DNA of 64,000 bases from Macrostomum lignano (GCA_002269645.1 NIVC01000862.1:124001-188000), one strand, 5' to 3'. Positions 40,143-51,331 are shown, counted from the first letter of the stretch. Notes: generated from the sequence alone by a model not told the origin. Translations and numbers: made by a program.

Positions 40143-43100
40143 TGTTAAGTAGGTTGGATCTCACCTTGTTTCAACCACTAATGGTCTCCACAAGCGATTT
40201 GGTCCTTTTTAATGCACTGCTGAAATAATATTCAGTTTTATAAGATAAGACAGAGCAAAAATGTATTTTAGCATTAAAAATAAATTGCTGCTACAGTTAA
40301 TCATTTAGTAAAAACTAAAATGATTTACTATTATTATTAATATAAATTACAATGGAAAGTTCTTGCAGTTCTCTAAAATGCATAATTACACTCAGGCCAT
40401 TATAGTGGTCTTATAGTTCTTTGTCAAGACTCAGAATGGAACGTATTGTTGGCAAAAAGTTTAATAGTGATAGAAATAGGTGATAAATAGATAGAGATAT
40501 AAGGACTGTAAGATGGATGTGGCAGAATACATAATGGCCTATTTTTGACCAGGATATTAGAATTCTATAGATAGAAATTGAGAAGCTTATTAAGTGTTGG
40601 CACATGATAATTGCGGGTAATGGAGATTATTTTAGTGACCAAGTGCTTGATTTATATTACGGTGTATAATTATATTTTAGAAAACTACAGGAACATTCTA
40701 TCATCTCTTATAGATTAAAATATATTTAATGATAATTTTTCAACAAAATATATTTTAAAGTCTTAAGTTTTCTAATTATAAAGATAAAAATGGGCCTATT
40801 ATAAGCTATAAATTAATATAAAAGGTTTTAAATAAAAAATATAGCTAGTCCAATTAGTTTATATTGCCAAGAAACTATAACCTAAAATCTAGAATCTAGA
40901 TATTTAATAGAATATTTGATATCAAATAAAAAGCCCTAGGGCCAAGGTTAGATATATAAATATACTATTAAATATTAAATGGCTATTAAATGCTAAGTTA
41001 TAAAATTTCTGGACTAAATAAATACCAAATTTGATTTTAGAATTTTTATTTAATATAGATTCAGCAATATTTTTAATTTTCTACCCAAAAACAGAGGCCA
41101 CCTTTTTTCAGATCCTAGCTCTAAGTGACGCAGTTCTCATAAAGCCTCTCTAAACTAAAGGGTGGGTGATGAAATTTGCACCACAATGCACTCACTACCT
41201 TACACTGTGAGGAGAAAGTGGAAAGTTACAACTAGAACAAAGGTTTTGGGTGGAAGCTTTAACATGTTGCTAATTGTAAGTTTTTTCAAAGTCCAGTGTT
41301 TATTTTATTAAAGTTAAAGTATTAATAAAAGCCAAAAGGCAATTAGGCACCGAATTTTCAATAATCAATACAATAAATGTCAATGCCAAAATAGGTTTTT
41401 AAAATGTTCTCCTAAAGTTTACGAACTTATAGATATTCGAACAATAGAAAAAATAGAAGAGAAGTTATGACTCGTCACGCCACAAACAAATATGTTCTCA
41501 AAGCTCCATTTGTGCACTACTGATGTAATTTGGTCGGGTGGTCCACTTAAAACCATGGAAAAATGCTTAAGAATTACTAAACTAAAAGTAAGCTGTTTAA
41601 ATAGGATGCATAAAAATAACAAAGTTTTTATAAAACTTTGAAACAAAATACTTTTATTGAACTTAAAAAGTATCTTAAATTGTCAATTTTAGTTTGAAAC
41701 TTCAAAACTGTCAAAATATATGTTGATATACTATTTGCACAATGTGACACACCGTAAGAAACTGTAAATTTTTGCATTCCTCGATTTATAGAAAGTGTCA
41801 ATAAAAAATCCTATATACTAAAAATGAGTTGTCTGCAGGCGGTCGCCACTGATGGGACAGGAGGGACATATCCCCCAGCAGGAAAAGCTTTGGGGGGAGG
41901 ACCATGCCAATGCTTGTCCCCTCCACCCCCACCTTGTGAATCGTTTGTGGTAATCAACAATTTTTAAGGGGCCAAAATATAGCGCCTTCGGCGCCAAAAT
42001 GAGTGCCTGTGGCGCTAAAAGGAATGCCAAAATGAGTGCCTACGGCGCTAAAAGGAATGCCAAAATGAGTGCCTGCGGCGCTAAAATGAGTGCCTGCGGC
42101 GCTAAAAGGAATGTCTGAGGCGCCAAAAGGAGTGCCTGCGGTGCCAAAATGAGTGCCAAAATTTATTCATGTACATGTACATGTTGAATTCTTGGCTTGT
42201 CCCCCCACCATAAACTTCATGGCGAGGCCAATTGACATTCTAGGTAATGTGTGATTAATTGTCAGAAAATCAAAGCTAAGCGAGTTGGTACCTTTTAAAA
42301 GGGTCCCAATATTTTATGTCTTATTGGGTGCTCTTGGTGGGCGCCCCTGTCTTTGGAAGACAGCCCCTGGCCTATCTTTCAAATGTAGTTTGCGACCCCT
42401 AACCTCTAACCAGTCTCTTAGACCGCCGCCAAGTCCAAGAGAGCTTAGGTGGCATAAGCAAGGACGTACGTTGAGCTCCTGTCATTTCGTCAAGCTTGGC
42501 CCCTTTTTGCCATTCTTCCTGGCTGCGCCCCCTGACTACATGTACGAGGTATATTCCATTAGAATTCGTAATTATGCTGAGCGCCTGGAGTTAAACTAAC
42601 CTGGTATAAAAATTTAGTGAAACAAAAGACTCCCGCATGCTTGCAGTAATTATAATTTCGCCTCTTCCGCAAACAAAGAGGAAATCGTAATTCTTTCAGC
42701 GAATTTTATTCGCGAGGTTGCCAGGGGTCTAGCGCGGTTGCCATGCTGGACTAAGACAGACGTCTGAATTGTACAATTCAGACCGTCGAAGTTGACTACA
42801 CGAAAATACCTTTTTGACTTCATATGTCATACAGACATGTGCATGTACATGTTGGATACTTCATGCTGTATGAGTCCCAAGGAAAACTCTAGCTCAAAGT
42901 TGAGCGAAAAGAGTTACAAAAATAGGACTTTAAGCACGCTCATATGATTATCTTATACACATGTAATTCCTGTGGGGTTCCTCCTCTAAGTATACAGGAA
43001 TCGGCATCTAGTCAACTAGAAAATTCAACTATAATTTTGAAACTACGCTGCTAGTTTTCGCAAATATTTTAAATATCGCTAAATCATCATGTCGATTTTA

Positions 43101-43625
43101 AATGTATGACTTTGACTATACATCATGTAAAGTGCCATATGTCGTGTCATGTCATATCATGTAAAGTGACGCTAATAAATATATCGATCACTGCCCCGCG
43201 GGGGCTTTCGTGGTTTGATCTCGCACTGCGTAACACTAGTGTTACAAATGTATCTGGATTTTTGGTCCTATAGCTATGTTGGATTCCTGTACGGGCGTAA
43301 CCAAGGAAGGAAGCACTGCTGGGGATACAAAATTAGCTATGGGAGTGACATTCCAAAAACTTGACAACAGGATAGGCGGATAAACGCGGTTTAGTGCATT
43401 TGCGCAATATTCTGGACTTCCGAGCATCAAAGCCACTTTTGATAAACTTGGTCTCGTTTCAAAGCTGAATATAAATCCTTCACTACTAACAGAGCTTCAA
43501 TAAGACGTTTAATAAAGTATTAATAGTGCTCCCTCGCCATAAAGGCTTTCATCCATTTTTCCAGACCACGAGACCTCGGGGATACTGCACGGTTTCTTTC
43601 CCAAAGCTTGTGACAGAAGACTGTG

Positions 43626-43737
43626 AGTAGTATGGGATAACAGAACTCTGCCGCAGGAATTTCCGTGGAAAAGCCATGGGCCCTAGTGAGTGAACATACG
43701 GCCCTATGTAAATCCATTGAGCGACTCTGCCGCAGGG
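43626..43737 (+). repeat. Polinton left terminal inverted repeat
   Basis: AGTAGTATGGGATAACAGAACTCTGCCGCAGG...GCCGCAGGG is the exact reverse complement of 59281-59392 and 59487-59598. Imperfect similarity continues ~20 bp further in. Confidence 0.95.
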
Positions 43738-43866
43738 AAAGCCACGGAAATTCCATGGGGGGCACATCGGGTGGGCATGGGGGTCCGGTGAGATAACAAA
43801 GCGCATGCTGGTATATGTACTGAAGGAAACTCATTATTGCACCCACCCCACTCCGCCTAGAAAGTA

Positions 43867-43874
43867 TATATAAG
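43867..43874 (+). promoter_or_regulatory. TATA box (TATATAAG) upstream of the PC4-like gene
   Basis: Canonical TATAWAW-type sequence ~75 bp upstream of ATG 43949. Confidence 0.55.
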
Positions 43875-43948
43875 ATGGGCGATTTTTTGAGGTTGGCTTC
43901 ATGACGAAAGGAATTTTTGTGCATCTTTCTTAAAGAAGCATCTCATTA

Positions 43949-44671
43949 ATGGATCTCTGTGACGGCTTCAAAGTTCAAGTGCAAGAGTACGAAGGTCATC
44001 GCTTTATTGCAATCCGACGTTTCTTCTCCTCTGAAAGCGGGCTCAGAGCGGGCATCCCTGGCTTTAACCTCAATGCGTACCAATGGGAGAAGTTGAAGCA
44101 GCTGAAACGCCAGCTTGTGCACTCGGCAGTCAATCGGCACAGCGTCACAGTCAAGCTTGGCTTTGATAAACTCGTTGTGGTCAGCAGGGGCATCATCTGG
44201 CTGAAGCGTCTGCCGGAAGACTGTACAGAGGATTATCTGCGGCGGAACTCAGTGGCGCTGACTCCCCGTCTATGGGGAGAACTCTGGAAGAAGGCCGAGT
44301 GGATCGACAACGAGCTGCGAGAGAAGTCGGCGGAGAGTGAGTATCAGCTGGAGGCCGAGGACATCAAGCATGAGGGCCAAGAAGCACAGCTGGTCAGCGA
44401 AGAAGAAGAGGAGAAGAGGCTGCGCATCGTCGAGTCGGACAATGCAACCAGCTCGCCTGTTCTGCCAGAGACTTCAGTCGGGCGCATACCCCAGCAAGAC
44501 AGCGACCTGTCGCACGACCCACTGTGGTACCGGTTCCGTGCTGCTTCAGGGCTCGGCAACAGCGGCTGTCACAAACGAAAGCTTCCGTGGCCCCTGCGCA
44601 GGCAAAATGCAATCAAGTTGCCCAAAGTGATCAATGGTGGAGAGGATGGTGACGCAGAAAAAAGTGCTTGA
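43949..44671 (+). CDS. PC4/Sub1-like ssDNA-binding protein (two PC4-like repeats + acidic tail)
   Basis: FKVQVQEYEGHRFIAIRRFF..GLRAGIPGFNLNAYQWEKLK fits the PC4 pattern V.V.EF.G...IDIR.Y....G.KGISL...QW..L. A weaker second unit is KLGFDKLVVV..IIWLKR..NSVALTPRLWGEL. Confidence 0.75.
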   Translation: MDLCDGFKVQVQEYEGHRFIAIRRFFSSESGLRAGIPGFNLNAYQWEKLKQLKRQLVHSAVNRHSVTVKLGFDKLVVVSRGIIWLKRLPEDCTEDYLRRNSVALTPRLWGELWKKAEWIDNELREKSAESEYQLEAEDIKHEGQEAQLVSEEEEEKRLRIVESDNATSSPVLPETSVGRIPQQDSDLSHDPLWYRFRAASGLGNSGCHKRKLPWPLRRQNAIKLPKVINGGEDGDAEKSA

Positions 44672-44898
44672 TAAACTTTTTAAGTGACTATGCGTGGACA
44701 TTGCTATGCCATCTGTACGAGTATTGATGTCTAACAGTTCTATTTATCCAGCTTTTTCAGCTTATTCATTAATGTCCTATTAAATGAGCTCGTTTAAAAT
44801 TAAAAATAAAATAAAATAAGCATCTCTCTCTATAATTATGCTAGTTTACTGGTAAACTTAAGAATGCGAAATGAGTTTAATTTTTTCTCTAATTGAAA

Positions 44899-45966
44899 AT
44901 GGAAAAGATTTACTTTAACCCTGAGCAGCCAGCAAGCTTTTCTGGCTGCAATAAATTTATTAATGAAGTTCGCACGCAGGGTATCCGAGTGAGTGAAAAA
45001 GCTGCGAAAAACTGGCTTAACGATCAGACAGTCTACACATTACATAAGCCAGCAAGGAGGAATTATCCGAGGGCCCCAATCATAGTTCGAAGTATTGATG
45101 ACCAATGGGAGTTGGATCTGGTGGAGATGATTCCTTTTTCCAAGTATAATAACGGCTACAGGTATATTCTAACATGCATTGATGTGCTGTCCAAGTACGG
45201 ATGGGCGAGGGCATTAAAGAACAAGTCTTCTATTGAAGTGAAGTCGGCATTCGAGAGCATATTAAGAAGTTCAAAGCGGCAACCGCGCACTGTTCGCACT
45301 GATCAAGGGAAAGAGTTTATCAACTCTACTTTTCGCCAATGCTGTATGGAAAGGGGAATCCTGGCATTCCCAACCAACAGTGAGCAGAAGGCGGCTGTCA
45401 TTGAACGATGGAACCGAACTTTAAAGAGCAAAATGTGGCGCTACTTCACCCACAACAGCACTCTGCATTGGCTTGATGTGCTGGCTAAGCTAGTGAAGTC
45501 CTACAACAAAACTTACCACAGAAGCATACGAATGGCACCAACGAATGTCAGCCAGGAGAACGAGTCCGAGGTCTGGATGAGCCTATATGACGGGAAAGCG
45601 ATTGAAACTGTGGAAAAGCTGGGAAAGCCAAAGTTCAGCGAAAACCAGTCTGTGCGGATTTCCAATGCACCCAGGCTTTTTAGAAAAGGGTACAAGGCCA
45701 ACTGGAGCGAAGAAGTGTACACGGTGGTGTCCAGAGCTCCAAAGCATTATCCCTACATGTACAAGATAAAAGACATGGAAGGAGAAGAGATTCGTGGGCT
45801 TTTTCACGAGCATGAACTGCAGGCCGTTCCGGAGTCGCAGCGGCTGTATGTGATTGAGAAGATTCTGAAGACTGAGAAGCGGAGGCGTAAGATCCGATAT
45901 CTGGTCAAGTGGGCCGGCTACGACTTCACTGACTGGGTGGATGAGAAGGACTTAAGAAAAGTGTAA
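44899..45966 (+). CDS. Retroviral-like (rve) integrase with C-terminal chromodomain
   Basis: IYFNPEQPASFSG N-terminus; catalytic WELDLVEM, RTDQGKEF and VIERWNRTLK; chromodomain YVIEKILK..YLVKWAGY..DW. Frame intact. Confidence 0.95.
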   Translation: MEKIYFNPEQPASFSGCNKFINEVRTQGIRVSEKAAKNWLNDQTVYTLHKPARRNYPRAPIIVRSIDDQWELDLVEMIPFSKYNNGYRYILTCIDVLSKYGWARALKNKSSIEVKSAFESILRSSKRQPRTVRTDQGKEFINSTFRQCCMERGILAFPTNSEQKAAVIERWNRTLKSKMWRYFTHNSTLHWLDVLAKLVKSYNKTYHRSIRMAPTNVSQENESEVWMSLYDGKAIETVEKLGKPKFSENQSVRISNAPRLFRKGYKANWSEEVYTVVSRAPKHYPYMYKIKDMEGEEIRGLFHEHELQAVPESQRLYVIEKILKTEKRRRKIRYLVKWAGYDFTDWVDEKDLRKV

Positions 45967-45978
45967 GATGCCGACATT

Positions 45979-46806
45979 GTGCAGCCATTCCCAATTATGA
46001 GAAGCATCATCATTAACAGCGAAAATGCTGAAGGTACTCCTACTGACTTTCATTTTCACCTGCCTTCACCTATTTACTTGGATCGAAATGTGGACTATGA
46101 GGCAGGTCTGGCTGAAATCCATCTGCCTGCTGCATGGTTCAATGTTGACGAGCCTTACTGCTTCACTGTCTCAGATGGAAGAGAGCATGAGGCCTTGGTT
46201 CTTCAACCCGGACGCTTTGCTAGAGTGGAGGAGTTGGTGGAGCGCATGAATGAACTGCTGGCCAACTCTGAGTCACTGTTCTTCGATGCAATGAGCGAGA
46301 GGGAGTCTGAAATGGAGGCTGATGAGTCTGGTTTAATGGGGCGGAGCAGCGCTAGAGATATTGGCATAAAGTTTGAGATCCAAGAATTGAGAACGGTAGT
46401 GCTCAACAACACGGCTCGAGCAGAATTATTCCTTCCATCAAGTAAAATTCTGCAGTGGCTGGGATTCGGAAATCAGTCCGTGAAAATTCCACCTGGGCGC
46501 CAAGTTTCCATGTACCACATTGGCTGCCCGCCCACCAATCTGATCAACGTGCATTGTAGCATTGTGGAGTCAACTAATTGCAACTGGAATTCCCTGCTGC
46601 GAACTGTGAACATGAATCCTGAAGCCGGATGGGGAAGCTACTGGAGCAAAGTGTTTAAGAAAACAGTTTTCTTCCCCATTCAGAAAACAAATTTTCTACA
46701 CAGCATTCGAGTTCAACTGCGAGACATCTTTGGCTTCTCACTGACTGCTCATAGCGGCAGCCCTGTTCTGCTCACAATTCTGATACGTGAGAGACCAATG
46801 CAATGA
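45979..46806 (+). CDS. Minor capsid protein (penton-like single jelly-roll)
   Basis: DFHFHLPSPIYL..YEAGLAEIHLPAAWFNV and C-terminal INVHCSIVE..LLRTV..IRVQLRDIFG resemble Polinton minor capsid proteins. Position in the gene cluster fits. First ATG is at 45997. Confidence 0.75.
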   Translation: MQPFPIMRSIIINSENAEGTPTDFHFHLPSPIYLDRNVDYEAGLAEIHLPAAWFNVDEPYCFTVSDGREHEALVLQPGRFARVEELVERMNELLANSESLFFDAMSERESEMEADESGLMGRSSARDIGIKFEIQELRTVVLNNTARAELFLPSSKILQWLGFGNQSVKIPPGRQVSMYHIGCPPTNLINVHCSIVESTNCNWNSLLRTVNMNPEAGWGSYWSKVFKKTVFFPIQKTNFLHSIRVQLRDIFGFSLTAHSGSPVLLTILIRERPMQ

Positions 46807-47219
46807 ACTATCAGCAGCTGATTCGGCAGTATTCAGGGACTCGGACGGGAAATGAAAAGTCCATGCTCTATGGCTGCGGGAGTTTTCCTGGAATAATGAC
46901 TTACCAGCCTCCTCCAGCACCTTCCATAACATCATCATCATCATTAGCATCAAAGCCTGTACAAACCAGCAGTAGCAGCAGAAGCAATAGTACGAGTAAT
47001 AGAAACATAGGAAATCAAGCACAGGCTAAAAAGGTGAATAAGAAGCAGGTGCGCATGAAGAAGAAGAAAAAAAGTGGCGAAGCACGCAAAACAAGCAAGG
47101 TCAGAACAAGCAAGCAACCTAAGAAAAGAACGACTAAAACACAGACCAAGAAAACAGGCAAAAGAAACCAAAAAGTGGGCAAAGAAACTGTGAAGCGTGT
47201 TCTGGACTCACTCTCATAG
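46803..47219 (+). CDS. Small basic, Lys-rich putative core (DNA-condensing) protein
   Basis: Lies immediately upstream of MCP. K/R-rich C-terminal half. LYGCG fits the adenain cleavage consensus (M/L/I)xGx/G. ATGA overlap with the upstream stop. Confidence 0.55.
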   Translation: MNYQQLIRQYSGTRTGNEKSMLYGCGSFPGIMTYQPPPAPSITSSSSLASKPVQTSSSSRSNSTSNRNIGNQAQAKKVNKKQVRMKKKKKSGEARKTSKVRTSKQPKKRTTKTQTKKTGKRNQKVGKETVKRVLDSLS

Positions 47220-47221
47220 CA

Positions 47222-48504
47222 ATGGCTTACGGATTCAACCCGAGACTCGATTTGTTCAAGTCCCCCGTGCTGCAGACTGCTATTGAAAAATCCACGTATG
47301 TTGATATTCACCCCGTGAACTCTATTACTACTAACTCACCTATTGAATTCGACTGCCATCCATCGGCTGATGAGTACACTGATCTGCTGAGCTCATTCCT
47401 GTATATTCGCTGTCGCCTAGTCCGGCTTGGCGGGGCTTTGATGAGGGAGGAGGTTCGGAATGCCGATGGAGTTGTCACTGAGCGCAGAGACAGTGGGGTG
47501 CACCCAGAAAACTTTGTCCTGTCTACGGCATTCTCAGATGTAATCGTGAGCATCAACCAGCGCATTGTCTCAGGTGGAGACCAGCTCTACCCCTACCATG
47601 CCTACCTAAAAGCTCTCATGAGCTCATCCGATGCTCAGCAGTTAAATTTCTACCCCGCCGGATTCCTGGAACCCGAAACTGCTGCTGAGGGGCATGCCGA
47701 GAGACACAGGGAGTCCCGCTGGGTGGAGTATGCGGGACCGCTGCTCAGCGACATCTTCCAGTGTCCTGTTCTGCTGCTGAACAATTTACACCTGCACATC
47801 AAGCTGATGCCCAGTGATGCTGCATTCGCCATTCGAACCCCAGATGAGAACAACACAGCCTACCGAATGGAAATCTCCCACTGCATTCTGAACCTGCGCC
47901 GAGTCAAAGTGGCGCCTCACATCAGCCTAGCGCATGAGCAGGGACTTACCAATCAGAACGCACTTTACCCCATCGAGCGAACCGAAATGCAAAACTTCAT
48001 TCTACCCCAGGGAATTCAGTCAAAAAACATTGAAGGATTCACCCATGGCAAACTGCCGAAGTTCGTTATGCTGGTCTTCGTGAACCACCGAGCCTTCAAT
48101 GGCCATCACCATTCCAGCCCCTTCGAGTTCCAGAGCTTCAACCTCAGCCAGCTAGCACTAAAGAAAGGTGGTGAAGCCATGTGCCACGCTGCATTTGCAC
48201 CTGAGAATAATTCATTCGTGAGAGAGTACTTGCACTACCTGAAAAGCTGTCAGTCTGCCAGCCCTACCAACTCGGTTCCGTGGGTCCCCTACCAGTTGTT
48301 CTCCAACGGCAACACAGCTTTCGCATTCGATCTCACGCCTGAGGGAGCGGCCCTGTGGTACGGACAGAAGGAGGGAATTTGCGGCTGGAGATTCGCTTCC
48401 GACAGGCCCTGGAGGAGCCTGTATCTCTGATTGTTATGTGCCTGTATGACTCACTGATTGAGGTCACGAAGCACAGGGAGATTCTGCTAGATTTTCCATC
48501 CTAG
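47222..48504 (+). CDS. Major capsid protein (double jelly-roll); one frameshift near 48372
   Basis: LDLFKSPVLQTAIEKSTYVDIHP..PIEF..DEYTDL and FEFQSFNLSQL are Maverick MCP motifs. The shifted frame gives the expected C-terminus GNLRLEIRF..LIVMCLYDSLIEV..REILLDF*. Confidence 0.9.
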
Positions 48505-48527
48505 GAGTACGCTGGCGCAACGCTAAT

Positions 48528-49040
48528 ATGGATGCTTTTCAACTGCTTAAACTGGCTAAAAGCTTTTTGCCACAAAATAACTATTTAATTATTGTCTTGA
48601 ATTCAATAAATAAAACATCTTATGCTTTAAACTTTATTCAGCGAGCAACTCTCAAAAGAAATTTATCTCGATGTAAGTTTATTTTCTTTCTGCTTCAGTA
48701 CGGCTCGTCCTTTGGTCACTGGGTGGTTTGTTATGCCAATAAGGAGAATTCCATAGAACTCTTTAACTCTCTGGGCTGGGACTCAAGCACTTTAGAGATC
48801 ATTCACAGAGCACTGAAATCCTTTTGGTATTCTCCATTCTACTTACGTAGCAATGTGAATCGAATTCAGAGCTGCAACTCTGCTAAATGCGGTTTGTTCT
48901 GTCTCTTGTTTGCCTATCAAAAGTTTCGTTTCAAGCGCTCGTTTGAGTGGGTTCTGCGGCACCTCCATGCAAATCAGCAGAGCCACTTGAATGAAAGAAT
49001 TCTGCAAAGGTTTGAGAGTTGCTTAAGAAAAAAAATTTAA
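48528..49040 (+). CDS. Adenain-like cysteine protease
   Basis: GHWVVCY (His), IELFNSLG, and RIQSCNSAKCGLFC (Gln, Cys). Confidence 0.85.
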   Translation: MDAFQLLKLAKSFLPQNNYLIIVLNSINKTSYALNFIQRATLKRNLSRCKFIFFLLQYGSSFGHWVVCYANKENSIELFNSLGWDSSTLEIIHRALKSFWYSPFYLRSNVNRIQSCNSAKCGLFCLLFAYQKFRFKRSFEWVLRHLHANQQSHLNERILQRFESCLRKKI

Positions 49041-49077
49041 TTAGACTTTTAAAATCAAGGATTTAGCTCAACAGGCG

Positions 49078-49729
49078 ATGGAAACACGTGAGCGGATAAA
49101 CTGTTATGATGTGCGCCTGCGACAGGAAGCTGCATGATTGTCAGCGGGCCTACAAATGCAGGAAAGACAACCTTCGTGAAACATCTGATACAATACAAGG
49201 ATGTCATGTTTGATGTGAAGCCTGGGAGAGTTCTGTGGTACTACGGAATTTCACAAGCAGCACACTCTGAGCTCAGCAGTCTCGGCGTGCACTGCAGCAG
49301 GGATTTCCCAGCAGTATCGAGACCGCACTGAGACCCAATGACCTGGTTGTATTTGATGACCTGATTGAAGAAACTTCCAATTCTGCTGCAATGCGAAATG
49401 TTTTCACTGGAATTGCCCATCATTTGCCCTGCTTTCTGGTTATGCTGACCCAAAATGTATTTTTTAAAGGGAAGGAGTTGCGAACAATGAGTCTGAATGC
49501 GATGTACTTTGTGATCATGAAGAACCCCAGAGACCAGCTGCAGATTGCGGCGCTGGGCAGGCAGTGTTTTGCTGAGAAGCCCGGCTTTCTGCTGTCAGTG
49601 TTCAAGCACGTGACATCGCACGGCAGGGGAGCCTACCTGCTCCTGGATTTTCACCCTTCCACCCCTGATGAGCTGCGGGTCCGGGCTCGAATCCTGCCCA
49701 ATCAGCGACCCCACCTGGTTTACACTTAA
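49078..49729 (+). CDS. A32/FtsK-like packaging ATPase; two apparent 1-nt deletions (~49125, ~49290)
   Basis: Walker A GPTNAGKT; Walker B LVVFDDL in the next frame; HH..LVMLTQNVF..RTMSLNAMYFVIMKNPRD..YLLLDFHP. Confidence 0.9.
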
Positions 49730-49776
49730 GAATAACAGCCGAGATTTTGCCATTTGCTCTATATTCTGCAACACTA

Positions 49777-50094
49777 ATGATAATGGAAACATTCGACTCA
49801 CATGAAAGTTTGTTTGATGTTCTCGCCTCACCGAAATATTCCATCAGCTTTAAACGTCTGTTGATCAGAGCGGGTCCAAAAGCAGTACATGAATTTCTCA
49901 TTGAGGCCTGCTATAACCTATTGCAAAACACTCTGTCGTTCTCACTCACTGAAAAGGCAGCGCTAGTGAAGCAAAAGCAAATAATCCGCAAAATTTCTAC
50001 ACATAGAAGAGCTGCGGATCTGCTAAATACGGGTTTTATCAAAATTCTCTACATTCTAATAAAGCTAGTGAAGAAAAAGAAACAAAATGAATAA
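49777..50094 (+). CDS. Conserved small Polinton protein (PW-like), function unknown
   Basis: LLIRAGPKAVHEFLIEACYNLL..EKAALVKQKQIIRKIS resembles the recurrent Maverick pattern I..CICECALN.L.G...L...K..LR.LA. Confidence 0.55.
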   Translation: MIMETFDSHESLFDVLASPKYSISFKRLLIRAGPKAVHEFLIEACYNLLQNTLSFSLTEKAALVKQKQIIRKISTHRRAADLLNTGFIKILYILIKLVKKKKQNE

Positions 50095-50779
50095 GTTCTC
50101 AGAAATGGTTCTGATCCCCAAGTCAGAATACGACATGCTCACACAGAATTTGAAGCCAGTTGAGTCTGAACTCGACACTGCTGTGAGATATGCGCAGAGG
50201 AAATGCAATGATATTTTGCTTGCCGAGGATTGCCCAGACGATGTGAAAGCTGCCATGTACCATGATGCGATGAAGAGTTTGCTGGCCAAGCGCAAGCGGA
50301 CTGGAAAGGATGATGCGGTACCTGCGAGTGATGCAAAGATGCTGAAAACTGATATTGCACCAAGCAGCTGGGGGGAAAAGATCACCCAATCCGTGCCGCA
50401 GAAGTTTAAAGCGAGAGCCCGCAGTCTATGGGCCATCCTATCTGGCAATCCTTCTCTGATTCGGGTGTCCGAAAATGGCGAGGCGCAAATTTGTGGGAAG
50501 ACAATACCCTCCTCAAACATCCTGGATTTGTTTCACAGTGCCGTGAGGGATTCGAAATGTGCCAGCGAGCCGGTGGGCTGGAGTGAGTTTGTCTCATTGC
50601 TCCAAGATAAAAAGCTTAACATCCCAGCTTCGGCCATAGGAAAGTCAGTTAGGCAGCTAATTTCTAAACCTGCTGTTTCTCCAGAGGCCGCCCCTGCTCA
50701 TCATACAGTTAAAGGATTCGGGAGTGGGAGAGCTTGGCTACAGCTGAACAGGAAAAAACTATTTAAGAAGGGGAACTGA
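50087..50779 (+). CDS. Uncharacterised Polinton protein (230 aa)
   Basis: Intact ORF overlapping the upstream stop. MVLIP, SNILDL, P.GW..F..LL...NIP..AIG resemble a family recurrent in Mavericks. Confidence 0.6.
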   Translation: MNKFSEMVLIPKSEYDMLTQNLKPVESELDTAVRYAQRKCNDILLAEDCPDDVKAAMYHDAMKSLLAKRKRTGKDDAVPASDAKMLKTDIAPSSWGEKITQSVPQKFKARARSLWAILSGNPSLIRVSENGEAQICGKTIPSSNILDLFHSAVRDSKCASEPVGWSEFVSLLQDKKLNIPASAIGKSVRQLISKPAVSPEAAPAHHTVKGFGSGRAWLQLNRKKLFKKGN

Positions 50780-50819
50780 GTCGGCTTCCCGATATCAGGC
50801 ATCTTGAAACCATCCGATC

Positions 50820-51314
50820 ATGAACTATATTGACTTCCAAGGCTTCCCACGCGAGAGATCGAGCAGAGATTTCGTTGTGAAGGAGCTAGCCATTGCCCAA
50901 GTCCGGGCAGGCAGTTACCATATCACTCATCACGTGTACGCCTCTCCGTTCTCATGGGAGCGAATCTCACCTGAGATGCAGGTGCATTACAGAAAGCTCT
51001 CAAAGAATTTGCATCATTTCAAGTGGACAGATGGATCCCGATCGTACATGCATTTGGCAAATGACATTCTAAACATTGCTTACGGCCCCACCTGGACAAG
51101 CGGGGTGAAAAAGTCCATCTTTCTGACTGAGCTGCTTGGCAGACAGGTGTACAACCTAGAGGATCTGGGATCACCTTTGATTCAAGCATCTGATACTGGT
51201 TGTGCAGTGAAAAATGTATTGCTCTACTACAACTGGCTGAAGCCAAAGTTCTGTATCAACTTAAGAAGCGAGTGTGCCCGCACACTCAAAGGCTCTCAAA
51301 GACAGCACCACTGA
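50820..51314 (+). CDS. DnaQ/DEDD-exonuclease-like small protein
   Basis: YIDFQGF..FVVKELAI..HHFKWTDG..Y..NLEDLG..CAVKNV pattern. The fold assignment is inference. Confidence 0.5.
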   Translation: MNYIDFQGFPRERSSRDFVVKELAIAQVRAGSYHITHHVYASPFSWERISPEMQVHYRKLSKNLHHFKWTDGSRSYMHLANDILNIAYGPTWTSGVKKSIFLTELLGRQVYNLEDLGSPLIQASDTGCAVKNVLLYYNWLKPKFCINLRSECARTLKGSQRQHH

Positions 51315-51331
51315 CAGAAAGGACTCTCTAA

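Noticed and set aside
41836-42232. Possible non-autonomous element with internal GGCGCC/GGCGCT repeats
   Set aside because: Ends are only loosely inverted. It cannot be supported without other copies.
43190-43247. GC hairpin plus GTAACACTAGTGTTAC palindrome as a Helitron 3' end
   Set aside because: Hairpin-to-CTAG spacing is atypical, and no 5' TC end or Rep/helicase was seen.
43242-43924. Minus-strand ORFs spanning or flanking the left TIR
   Set aside because: They cross the TIR boundary and carry no recognisable motifs. The part left of 43626 may be the interrupted target sequence but is unidentifiable.
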